NCBI GenBank assembly: GCA_907165135.1
Contig: OU015568.1
Location: forward strand, 7,440,001 to 7,504,000
Reading direction: 5' to 3'
Source of the DNA: Oikopleura dioica
Lineage: Eukaryota; Animalia; Chordata
DNA length: 64,000 nt
Made by a program: the position numbers and the translations under genes. Below are positions 17,528 to 29,700 of the stretch, in pieces. The notes beneath the pieces were generated by a model. The model had not been told where the DNA came from, made no database searches, and worked only from the letters and a program-made list of their open reading frames with translations. The stretch's first letter is position 1. Every line of letters begins with the position of its first letter.

Positions 17528-19990
17528 ATGCGTCTTTTTTCTTCTATATCCCGTCAAAACCTCCTCCTCAATCGGTAAAACGCGGCGATAGATAGAGAGA
17601 GATAGTTGTTGAGAAGATTGAATCAATGATAGCAATAAAAATTCTTTCAATTAAAAATTTAATTTATTTCACAAAAAGAATTATTTTGTCACATAGAAGT
17701 TCGCAATTCGAACTCCCTAAAACCTCCTTGTTAACTTTACTTAGCCTTAACCCCGTGCGAATCCTCCTAAGACGAGACTACTCGGCCGCTTCTGTAGCTC
17801 ACCTCGCTCCACACATCCAAGAGTACATTCTTGAAAAGGCTGCGCTCTGCCAGCCCGACGACATCTACGTCTGCAACGGCTCCGAAGCTGGTGACTCACT
17901 TGCCAATTGAGGCTTTTAAGCCAACAACGTTTTAATTTCTAGAAAAAGAAAAGATCATCAACACCCTGCTCAAGGAGAAGCTGATCAAGCCGATCCCCAA
18001 GCTTGAAAACTGCTATTTGGCCAAGACTGATCCAAAGGACGTCGCCCGGGTTGAAAGCAAAACCGTCATCTCCACTGAAAACGAACGAGAGACCATTCCA
18101 ATCCCTCAAGAAGGCGTCGAAGGTACGATTTTTGTTTGATCCCTTTTTTCAGTCCCTTCGGAAAAGGCCTGGGGCACCGGGCGACTTCTTGGCCGAGGTC
18201 GCGCCATGTTTTTTCTTGGCAACGCCTACTTTCCTACTTTCACGTTTCTACCATTTACATCATCGTAAAATTTAATTACTAGCCTTGACCCAGCTTCCTT
18301 AGATCAATATTTTCAAGAAAGAAATATTCGGGTTGAATGAGTTGATTCTTTTCAGGAAAACTCGGAAAATGGATGGCTCCCGGAGACCTTCAGGCTGCCA
18401 TTCAAGATCGATTCCCTGGATGCATGAAGGGTCGAACTATGTACGTCATTCCTTTCTCCATGGGTCCAATTGGAGGTTCCATCTCAAAGTACGGCATTGA
18501 ACTGACCGATTCTCCTTACGTTGTCGCGTCGATGGGAATCATGACTCGAGTGAACGAAAGTGTCTTGGAAGAAATCGGCAGCGGCGAATTCGTCAAGTGT
18601 CTCCACTCTGTCGGCTGTCCTCTCCCCTTGAGCGAGAATTGACCAACAACTGGCCATGCAATCCTGAAAAGGTTCTCGTCACACACATTCCAAAGGACAG
18701 AGAGATCATCTCCTTCGGATCTGGATACGGTGGAAACTCTCTTCTCGGCAAGAAATGCTTCGCTCTCCGAATTGGTTCTACCATTGCTCGTGATGAAGGA
18801 TGGCTCGCCGAGCATATGCTCATTCTCGGAATCACCAACCCGCAGGGTGAGAAGAAATACATCGCTGCTGCCTTCCCAAGTGCCTGTGGAAAGACAAATC
18901 TTGCGATGATGGCTCCAACCATTCCCGGCTGGAAGGTTGAGTGCGTTGGTGATGATATCGCCTGGATGAAATTCGACAAAGACGGAAAACTTAGAGCTAT
19001 CAATCCAGGAAAGGTCCTCAATTTAAGCTTCTATTGATACTTTTAACGAAAGAAACAAATGAGAACCGTTGAAAAGAAAACGGTTTCTTCGGTGTTGCTC
19101 CCGGAACTTCAAACCATACCAATCCCAACGCCATGACCTGCATGGAGAAAAACACAGTCTACACAAACGTCGCCGAGACTTCTGACGGAAATGTCTGGTG
19201 GGAAGGAATCGGACACGATCCAACCGGTGATGTTATTGACTGGAAAAACCAGCCATGGACGAAGGAGTCTGGAACACCCGCTGCTCATCCTAACTCGCGA
19301 TTCTGTGCTCCAGCTGGACAATGTCCAACTATTGATCCTCAGTGGGAGTCCGCTGAAGGTGTGCCAATCGAGGCCATCGTGTTCGGCGGCCGACGACCAG
19401 AGGGAGTTCCACTCGTTTACGAAGCTAACTCCTGGGAGCATGGTGTCTTCCTCGGTGCTGCTATGCGATCAGAAGCCACTGCCGCTGCTGAATTCAAGGG
19501 CAAGGCGATTATGAACGATCCTTTTGCTATGCGACCATTCTTTGGATACAACTTCGGCCACTATCTTCAACACTGGCTCGATGTTAATCAAGAGGGACGA
19601 CAAATGCCTAAAATCTTCAATGTCAACTGGTTCAGAAAGAATGAGAATGGGTAAGAAGATGATCGATTGGATTATTAATTTTATTGTCAATTTAGTTTTA
19701 TCTGGCCAGGATTTGGCGAAAACTCGCGAGTCCTCGAATGGATCATTCGACGATGCAGCGGTGAAGACATTGCCCAGGACAGCATCGTCGGCAAAATCCC
19801 CAAACCAGGTTCTCTCAACATGGAAGGTTGCGACGGAGTCGATCTCGACGCTTGCTTCGAGCTGAGCAGTGATTTCTGGAAACAGGAAGCCGCAGAAGTG
19901 AGGCAATACCTCGAACAGCAGGTCGGCGAAGATTGCCCTGCCGAGATTTATGCCCAATGTGACGATCTTGCTAAGCGTGCAAGCCAGTAA
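17528..19990 (+). CDS. PCK2: GTP-dependent phosphoenolpyruvate carboxykinase, mitochondrial-type N-terminus; apparent 1-nt deletion near 18625
   Basis: [101 protein letters not shown] and [13 protein letters not shown]. Exon 1 ([16 protein letters not shown]) splices in phase to [10 protein letters not shown]. Confidence 0.95.
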
Positions 19991-20226
19991 ATTGATCTTC
20001 TGTATTTCCCAGTTCTTCTGTAGTCTCGAATTTTTCTTGTAAGATTGATGCCAAATTGAATGTCTCCTCTCTTTCTCTTTTTGTCTGCTCAGTAACATAA
20101 TCATGCTTTACAAAAACATCCATCAACGTACGAATTCTCAGAATAAATTAAGCTAAAAATCATCAGAAATTCGAAGTCGCGTTGCAATCAAGGAAGACTT
20201 ATTAAAGTAGAAATTTATTGAATTTT

Positions 20227-22456
20227 TCAAAACATTTCACCAATCGAGTTTGTTGACTGCATCGATATGCTCGGTAGTCGATCCAAACCTTGGGAAGACA
20301 ATCAAAAAGGAAGGTTTCGAAGGAGGTACCTTGGTTGGCAGATTCAAGCTCGAAAATCTCGTTGATGATTCTTTCCGCGAGGTCGAATTCTGGATCATCT
20401 GGTGTTAGCTCACTGCAGATGTCAATCACTGGATTTGGTTCCATGAAAGAGCTAACCCTTACCCTATTTCTAGGAGAACCGGTGATTATTTCGACTTTTT
20501 TCTGGGCTTAGGTATGGGAGAGTTTGATGCAGTTTTAGAAAGCCCAGATCATGCGGATCATTTTGACTATTGACACCATGGGGTCATCTTTTAACCTAAG
20601 GGCATCAAGGGCCTTGTAAAGTCCCAAAATCGAAGTTTTTCCGGAAATCCGGTAATTTGAAGGCTTGTCCGGAGGTTTGGTGGAAAACTGCTTATGCCAA
20701 TTCAAAGAAGAGACATTGAGGAGTCAGAAACCGTCGAAAAAAGTAGTAGGCTAGGGGGTTCCAGAGGAGCTAGAGGCTCTAGAAGTTGACGAAGTCACCC
20801 GGAAACGAGTAAATTTTCTCTAAAAAGGGATGAAAACGCTTCTTTCTATGTCTGAAAGGGCTTTTAAACGCTTAATATGATATAAATTATGTCGATTACA
20901 TCATCTGAGGTGACTTGGGGTGATTTATTCAAAGATTTTCAATTTTTTTGAAGATGACCCCAAGTGACCTCAGATGACCCCACAATTAATTATTGATATC
21001 AAAAACCTAGCACAACGTGATAAAAGCCCATCCGGATATATAAGTTTACAATTTCGTCCCTTTTTAAAGAAAATTTACTCGTTTCCGGTTGACTTCCTCA
21101 ACTTCTAGAGCCTCGAGCTCCTCAGGAACCCCCTAGCCTACTACTTTTTTCGACGGTTTCTGACTCCTCAATGTCTCTTCTTTGAATTGGCATAAGCAGT
21201 TTTCCACCAAACCTCCGGACAAGCCTTCAAATTACCGGATTTCCGGAAAAACTTCGATTTTGGGACTTTACAAGGCCCTTGATGCCCTTAGGTTAAAAGA
21301 TGACCCCATGGTGTCAATAGTCAAAATGATCCGCATGATCTGGGCTTTCTAAAACTGCATCAAGCTCTCCCATACCTAAGCCCAGAAAAAAGTCGAAATA
21401 ATCACCGGTTCTCCTACCTATTTCTTAGTAACTTTCGTATGAACGCTATCCTGTGCTCACTTTCTGTTCTTCGAGTTGCTTCTTCTTCTCCAGCAGTTGA
21501 ATCGAGTGTTTCAAGCGGCTCAGCTCAGTCCGTAACTCCGCTAAAATCGTATGAGTTTCCCTATGTAACATAGGCTATGTTAGAATTTACGAACATAATT
21601 GCTTCTGAAGAGCAAAGTCTTGTGTAGCTGCTCCCGATTTATTTCCAGATAAAAATACGCTGCCGTTTTTGGACGGTAGTCTTGCTCTGTTGGCGCCTCT
21701 CGATCCAGCCAAATTTGATCTTGATCCAGTTCGAGAGCCAACAATCAGCTCCTTTGTACTTGAAAACGATCAAAGTCAAGATCAGAAGATGATCAAACCT
21801 TTTTGCCAAAGGTGCTCGCCCTGCTCTTGACCGTGCTGATTTTGACCGTCTCAGATCGCGCTCACTTTTACATCGCTGGCGGCTTTTTACAGGATCATAT
21901 TCTTCAAGCGTAAAACTTATCAAACTCCTATGATTTTACGGAACTACCTCGTGGTTCGTAATTGACGTCAAAGAAAAGTATCATCCACTGAATAAATTCA
22001 AGATTCGACTTCATATGACCCTGTAAAAGATATTGATTCTGTCTGTAATTATGGAAGAAAATTGCGACATTCAAAATCGTTTCTTTGTCAAGTCATTAAT
22101 CGGAATTTTCTTGTCGATTTCAGCGAGCTTGAAGGCTTCTTGCAAGACTTTGAAATTGTTGATTTTGTCGATTTCGTGCTTGCAATTCCATTTAACTTTT
22201 CGCATTTGAACTAATGGACTATGAAAACGAAGATATTACGGAAGGGAGTGTACCTAGGTCGGGGAAGATCATATCAAGCAATTGGCAATAATGAGATCCC
22301 TCGCCGAGCTCGCCAATTTTGACGATGTTTGTATGAAGGGTATCATTGACCCAGTCGATTATTTCTTTCCTGGACATGTGATATGCATTTCCTAGGTTAG
22401 TAAATAAAGGAATTCGCAGCTAGCAAACCTGGGGAATAAATAACATTAATCGTCAT
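20227..22456 (-). CDS. MAPRE1: Divergent EB1/MAPRE-family microtubule plus-end protein
   Basis: CH domain MTINVIYSP..MSRKEIIDWVNDTL..YCQLLDMIFP..NNFKVLQEAF..NLEFIQWMILFFDVNY..EYDPV. Basic linker, coiled coil ELRTELSRLKHSIQLLEK, an EBH-like segment DIC..LAERIINEIF, and a predicted C-terminus GEMF resembling EEY/F. Two junctions are unresolved; the symbol indicates family only. Confidence 0.8.
20471..21416. mobile_element. 946-bp near-perfect palindromic non-autonomous transposon, 8-bp TSD (hAT-like)
   Basis: TSD CCTATTTC at 20463-20470 and 21417-21424. Termini are TAGGAGAACCGG...CCGGTTCTCCTA. The arms are nearly identical over about 370 bp, with a further inner inverted repeat. Confidence 0.92.
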
Positions 22457-22737
22457 ACTTCTATTTTCCTTCTCTTTCTTAAAAATATATTGACTTTTCA
22501 CAAGAGCGAGTCATTTCCTGCTCAAATTATGAGACAAAAAATTATAAATTTTGAAAATTTAATCCGAATAAAATGAATTTCCTTTTATAGAGTATGGTCT
22601 AACCAATCGTAGACGTTAATAACGTCAATAATAATATTATTAATAACTTATTAACAGTCAGTTGCAACAATGAGGAAAATAAATATGCCTGTATTACGCC
22701 TGTAATAATCAAATAAAGAAATCCAATCCAATCCAAT

Positions 22738-22851
22738 TTGGGCTCAGCAACCTGTGTAGAAATCCTGAGTCAGGGTCTAAAAGATCTTAAATGATAAGCC
22801 GCGATATCTCAGACCCTGAGTCAGGTTTTCTGCGCAGGTTGCCGAGCCCAG
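22738..22851. mobile_element. Short family-A MITE copy
   Basis: Both TIRs present; flanks aatccaat and tatccaat (7/8 TSD match). Confidence 0.8.
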
Positions 22852-24487
22852 TATCCAATTCCTTGTCGTTCATTTTCGTTCAAATTCGACATGAGCAAAA
22901 AGCCGCAATGATATTATTTCGTGGAGTTGAACCCCTCCTTTTACGGGCAACAATAAAATTTGAAAATTTATGTAAACAAGGCGCCCCGCAAGATAGCCCG
23001 GCGCATCATCTTATCCTCCTCTTTCATGGAACGTCGTTTCGAGGACCAAAAAGGACCTTTCTTTCCTGTTTGTTCGACCTCAAAAGTTATGAAATCGTAA
23101 GTCCATGCGTGAGATACTCGACCGTTTTTTACAAATATTTGAGATTTGACGCTTTTCAAAAAGCCTGAGATTTTTTTGAAATCCGCTTATTTTGAAGTGA
23201 GAGTCTGGAGCTTCACGAAAATACAAAATATTTTATTGATACAGAAGGAGAAGAAATATTGATTCAGAAAATCGGATATTTAAAAAGAGAAGCAAAAAAC
23301 GCGACGCAAAGAGATTTTTTAACAAGGAGTCATAAAAGGTGAGATTTTCACAACTTTGTTATTCGGGGTTTTTCTTACTTCCGCGTAAACATTAGTAATT
23401 TCGTAAAAGAGGATGGTTCGTATTTTGATAAAAGACAATCATTGTGCTTTGGTCCAAAATAAAGGGGATGACAAATTCGTTCGTTTTGAACTCATTTAGC
23501 CAGAATTATGACGTAATTAAATTCAAAAGCAATCGTAAAAATAGGATAATTTAATGTTAAACACGTGATTTGATAACAAAAGAGCGTTTTCTTTATCATC
23601 TTTGTTAAGTTTTTAATCAAAATTTAAATTAATCGATAATAATAAGGTGAAATTTGAAAACTGCAGACTTTGGCATTTTTTGCATGCCATTCTGCACGTG
23701 TTACTGTTAAATAAATTTTTCTAGCGCTGTGATTGGTGGAACCTGAGTCGCTCCGCTCTGCTCCGCGCCGCTCCAGATCGCTGCAGCGCTACGCTCCATT
23801 CAGTTTCATTCCGCGCCCGAGCCCCGCGCCGTCGCGAAATCCGAGCAAAAAGAAAAAGACAAAAACGAAGATAATTGTTAAGAGAACGCAAGGAAACATC
23901 CTAAGGGAAGATCACTCCTTCAGAAAACAGCGCGTACGCCCTTACACAGACTGTGCTAAAGTCACAATTGGGTCAATTTGTCCAAACAGATTACACTTCT
24001 CCCTTTTTTCTCTTCGCCAGCGGCTCATCTAGAGAAAAGAAAAGAAAAAAACTGAAGAAAAAAAGATAAAGAAAGAAACAAATCGTAATTCGACGAATTT
24101 ACGATCCTTCAAAAGGAAGAAAAAAAATAATTCAGCAAAGAAATCAGTGAAATTCATTCAGAGGAATCGAAGAATTGAAGAAAAAAATATGATTGAAGAA
24201 GTTTCATTGAAAGAAAATGCAATTGCAGGACTTTGCCAGGGATTTTTAACAGAAAAAATTCTGTAGCTTTCAATTTAATCGGCGGATTTCGGTAATTTTT
24301 GTTGAAAAAAGTCATCAAAATCTGTTTTTGATCAGCTAATTTTTAATTGATAAGTCTGTTCCTGCCGAATCATAAAAAATGAAATTAGGTCAAGTTTGAT
24401 TGATTCCTACTTCACCCAGTTTTTTACATCAATTATAAAATTAACATGAATAAAAAGCTAGCTACAAATGAAAATCCCATCACCAGC

Positions 24488-26452
24488 ATGTTCCTATTCT
24501 GCGCCGGAATCCTCGTCATCTTACCCCTGGTCGACAGTTGCCTCCGGAAAAAGAAGAAAGATCTGGAAAAGAACGGAAAAAAGACCGAGAAAAGCTGTCC
24601 AAGCATTAACTTTACCGATTTAGCCTCCGCTGCTGGTGGTGGCGCCTTGTTCAGGTAAAGTCTCGTTTTGAGAATTTTTCAAATTGAATGTTCTGAGATC
24701 GGTCAATATTTGAGCGGTTCCTCGGAAGTGGGGATTCTGATAAGGAGCATTTTGTTTTAGTTTGGCTTTGGTGGACCTTGTGCCGGAACTTGCTGAAAAA
24801 GTCGAGGCTGTCTACGATAAGCACTATCCGCTTCACCAGTTCCTGTTTATTTGGTAAGTTCATCATGCGTGAAAGAAAAAAAACAGAAAAAACTAGAACG
24901 GCTTCAGCTAAAAATGGTTCAAATGATTTCCATGAGCCGGTATGCTCTAGTGATTATTGACGATCAATTACAGTAGTTGCCCGTTAGACTCTGCTATTGA
25001 CTTTACTGTCAGACAAGAAAACCTTTTTGACCTTCGAACCCAGGATCCTATCCTTAGTATTCGACTCGCAGATCACGTGACAGACCTTGTGTTTGACTTG
25101 TGTAACCTAAGCTAGACCTGAGAGATCATACTCATGTCTTAACACTTTCAAAAGTTGATTTACAATTTATTCAACGATTTCTTTTTTCTCTCAAAGATGA
25201 ATCTTCAGCGGGATATTCTTCGTTGCAATTGTGGACGACATCACGCAAAAAATCGTCGGCTGCTTCATCAGCGCGAACAAGCGACGACCAAGCTGCAGGA
25301 ACTTGCTTTCCGAATCAAATGAAAGCGAAGCTGCTCTGTCCGATTCTAGTGGTTCGACCGACTCCATGGAATTGAGAGCTGTTCGATTTCAAATTGAAGA
25401 ACCGGATGAAAACGCGCCGACGAGAAAGGCGATGAAGCTGATTATTGGGCTTTCTATTCATTCGTGTAAGTTGGAATATGCTATTTGACGAGCAAAGAAT
25501 ATCTTTTATCGGCGTTCATTGCGCTTGGGAAGCAATATTGCGTTCAATTAAAGCATGGGATCTTTATTCTTTGCGATAGAATACCGGTAGTATCACGAAA
25601 AAACGCTCTTGATTCTCAATTCAAGACTTCAAAGGCGAGCTTTTACCGAAACGGATTAAAACTGTAAGTGGGCGTCGCCTGCGCCCAATTTTTTTCTAGG
25701 TAAATGTCGGTAATAGAACGTCGATTATCCAATTGACGATAAAAGCTTTGACTTGAGGACATCATGACGTTATATAGAAGCAAATTAGCCATCCCATGAG
25801 TGTTTAGATTCTGCTTACTAAAGTAGACTCACAATCCTGTTTTGAGGCTCGTTATACCAAATTATGTTCAGGTTTAACTGGATTAACAGTTGGGATGATG
25901 GGAGAGGGTCTGCAGACAGGACTAATTGCTTTAATTCCTCACAAGGCTGCAGTGCTGTTTCTGCTTTCATCAATGCTCATCGACGTTCCAAAAGGACCGC
26001 GAACCGCGCTGGTATGAAATCAACGAGGACTAACTCCGTTAATTTTAATTGTTAGATAATCACGTTCTCCGCTGCTTTGCCTCTGGGATTGATTGCTGCT
26101 GCGATTGTTTCTTCGTCTACGACAGACACATGGGTAAATAAACTGTTAGAACAACAGTGACTTTGATTGAGAAATTTCAGACAATCATTATTTTGGAAGC
26201 TATTGGCGCTGGGGCGGTAATGCAAGTTGCGATCTTCGAAATGCTTCCCGATGGTATTTTGCTTCTTGATCTCTTCTTTTTACTCACTGATACTCTTAAG
26301 CCCTTTCGAAACCGCACAGACTGATGAAGATCTTCACCGCCTTCCTGGGCGCCTTGGTTATTGCATTTATGCAAACCACTCACGCTGAACATGGCGAACA
26401 CGGGGAAGAGCACCATTTAGAAGGAAACCATCACGACTCGTCCCATCACTAG
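24488..26452 (+). CDS. ZIP (SLC39A1/2/3-like) metal transporter with His-rich C-terminal tail
   Basis: GGGALFSLALVDLVPE, HYPLHQFLFI, LIIGLSIHS (TM4), ALIPHKAA (TM5), FSAALPLGL and LEAIGAGAVMQVAIFEMLP (TM7) follow the ZIP subfamily II pattern. The last exon ends HAEHGEHGEEHHLEGNHHDSSHH-stop. Confidence 0.8.
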
Positions 26453-26783
26453 AATCGCCCACCCAACTGATGCACAAACAACAAAAAGAGCAGAACGAAA
26501 AGAACGAACAAGAAAAGGAAAAAATAATATTTCGCTCTGTTTTCACAGAAAACTTGTACTTGTAATTACTATCTTGTTTGAAAGTTGACAAGTTGTTTCC
26601 CGACTAACACTAAAAAGACAGTTCATTCGAATTCAGTTTACTATATTCAGTGTTTTATGTAAAGGTATCGACAGGTGCTATTTATATTTGTTTCTTCTAT
26701 TCACATGAGCTTGGAGGTGACTGCCAGATTGTCCTGGGGAAGAAGCCGTTTTCTTCGTTGCTGTTTGTTGAGGTCTTCAGTTT

Positions 26784-29700
26784 CTATTTCTTTGTTGCTT
26801 TTTCTTTTTACTGGAAAAGGATGAGGATAGATTCGATGCAGTTCAACTTACCAATTAGCATGATGATGCCAGTATAACCACTGACACAGTGGAAAATGGC
26901 GGAGTTGTTCGGAAAGTTGAGTTCTTTTCCATCATCAGTGCGCTGTAACAACTTCCATTTTTCTACATTTGTTGTCGACAGGTTGAATTTGTCAAGAGTC
27001 GTGACGATCAAATTGCTCACACGATCTCTTTCGAATATCCTGATTGTTCTGAAAACAATTTTTAGGTACCAATTCCTGACTCATTTGACCCTAACTATGC
27101 TATTTGATGAATAAGATTTGATGTAAGTACCTGTAATTAATGCCGGCCGAGCAGGCTGCATCTTCCACACTGATCCGCACCATCAAGCTCTGGCCAAACT
27201 CTTCACTGAATGATTTCGAGTTGCTGGTGGCCAGTGGCTGAGGTGTTTCCGGAGAGAGTGCTTCAGATGAAACGTGTCGGACCGCGGGCTTGCGTCTTCC
27301 GTCTGACGAGTGCGCTTCATCCGATTCTGATTGAATGCTGCTATCGATCGAGGATCCCGTTGATTCAATCTTTTCAGAATCTGTTCATGGTTTTTTTTGA
27401 CTTGTTTTGAAAATGACTGATCTTTGATCAGAGGGCTCTTTCAAAAACCGTGGCTTGAAGTAGCGTTGAAAACGAGTGCTCCATTGGACTGCCGGCCAGC
27501 CGCGAACTAAGTGGCTCCAGCTCCACGCTTGCATCAGGCTCAATCATCAAGGATAGCTCGAGACTTTGCTGCTCCGAAAGTGGCTATTGAAAATGGAAAA
27601 TAAGATACGAGTAATAAGAGACTACGGTGTGCGTCAAGTGATGTTTCATGCGTTGGATTAATAAAGCGAACCAGTTATAGAGGCAAGGGGTAATTATTGT
27701 CTTTGAGTAGTTGGGTTAAATATTTATGCACTTGTGGTGGAGAGGAAGTTTGGCAATTACATTTGTAATGCGTTTCTAACGATGTTTCTCTACGATTAAG
27801 AGTATTGTCCTACTGTGAAGAAAACCTGAGTCAGGGTCTGAAAGAACTGAAATGGAAAGCCGCGCAGCGCCTTTAAAACGAAGCCGCAAAGCGGCTTCGC
27901 TAATATTACCATTACAATTTATCTTAACTTTTGGCGAAGCCGCTTCGCGGCTTCGTTTTTAAAAGCCGCTGCGCGGCTTTCCATTTCAGTTCTTTCAGAC
28001 CCTGACTCAGGTTTTCTATACAGATAGGCGAGCTTGGTTTGGAAGGAAAATACGGTACCTGAACGAAGGAGATCCAAGTCTTGAAAATCGGCGTAATTTC
28101 CAAGTTTTTGAAATTTTCAGAATCTCGGCATGAATCTTGAAGCGTGGCGATGGTCTTCAGCAGATCGTATTCTTTTCGCCTTTTCTCGAAATTGACCAGG
28201 CGGCCGCCTTCTATTTTATCTAAAGAGCACATTGTTAAAGACGAAATTCGTAAATAGCATCGACGGATTGCTTGCGTAATCCAATTGCGCGTATCATTCG
28301 GTAGAACTTCCACGATGTGGATGGATTAGCCAACTTCGTGGATTGCCAAGTAATTTGACTCAGGCATCGCCAAAGATTACGTTTTCTTGGCCACGTGGTA
28401 CTAATGAACCACTTCAAAAGTTCAATCCAAAGAAAAATTTTAAGGCTGGGCTCGGCAACCTGTGTAGAAAACCTGAGTCAGGCTTTAAAGAGCCAATATT
28501 TTAAAAACATAAGAGTGATGGTGTTGCGAAGCCGCTTTGCGGCTTTTTTCGAAAAAGCCGCTTTATGGCTTTTCATTTTAGCTCTTCAAAGCCTGACTCA
28601 GGTTTTCTACACAGGTTGCTGAGCCCAATTTTAAGGAAAATTGCTAAAAATCGATCTCTAAATTCAAGAAATTGACTATTTTCGATTCTAAAGAGAATTA
28701 TTCGCGAGTTAGTTAGTAAAAGCTGAATTGAGCTATTTTCATTCTCATCATGAACAAATTAAATATAAACAAAGCTTGACGTACTGGTAGTTCCGAATAT
28801 AGAAGTTCCTAAGGAAGTACCTGAGTAGGCCGCGTCGATCATCATCAAATCCGTCAAAAAGTGCCCCAAGTAAGGAATCGACTCATTTTCATAGTTGGAC
28901 TCCTTGGAAACGCTCTGGACCTGCTGGAAGGTGGACAAAATCCCTCTGTCCACCGCCGCCCAGGTCTTCTTCAGTCGATGAACTGCGTGAGACAGAAAGA
29001 AAGGTCCGAAAGAATTGTTAGTTTTTAGAGGTCATTTAATTATTATGCCCTCGCTAATTCTAATTTCGTGTCTTGAACGTCTTATTACGCGAGCAAGAAG
29101 GTGTAATTTTAATTTGCACCTGGCGGTTTTTATCAAAGATGCGGTCGAGCCGAGAAAATAGTATAGAACAGCTCGAACTTGCCTTGTGGAGCAAATTCGA
29201 TTAAAATGTCGAAAACCAGGCTGGACAGCCTGTGTAGAAAACCTGAGTCAGGGTTTGAAAGATCTCAAATGAAAAGCCGCGTAGCGGCTTCTTTCAAAAC
29301 GAAGCCGCAAAGCGGCTTCGCCAAAATTATAAATAGAGGAGAAAGGTAATTTTCGCTTTTGTTTTTGAAATTTTGAAAAAGCCGCTACGCGGCTTTTCGT
29401 CTGAGATCTTCCAGACGATGACTCAGGTTTTCTCCACAGTTTGCCGCGCTTAGATAAAAAAAAGATATCCTTTTTCTGGAAGATGCTGGATGCTGGCTCA
29501 TCGCAAAAATAGCAACTGCTAATTGTTCATAAAACGCCTTTGAGCCGTTGTTTACCCTCGTTTCGAGAAAATATCAACTCTCAACCGCCGGATCGAGTTC
29601 TGTTTGTCAACACTGAGCTGCTCGGCTTCAAGCTTGGGGACCTTTTCCTGGAGTCCAGACGCCACTGCACGCAGGGCATTGTAGTTCCGCAAGCGTAGAC

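Noticed and set aside
18150-18260. GC-rich hairpin in a PEPCK intron as snoRNA or miRNA
   Set aside because: No properly placed C/D or H/ACA boxes and only a short stem; cannot be supported.
19469-20104. 211-aa minus-strand ORF
   Set aside because: Antisense shadow of PEPCK exons that runs through an intron.
20420-20450. LFHGT (PARP-like motif) in an alternative minus-strand frame
   Set aside because: A stop follows within a few codons and no other PARP motifs are present.
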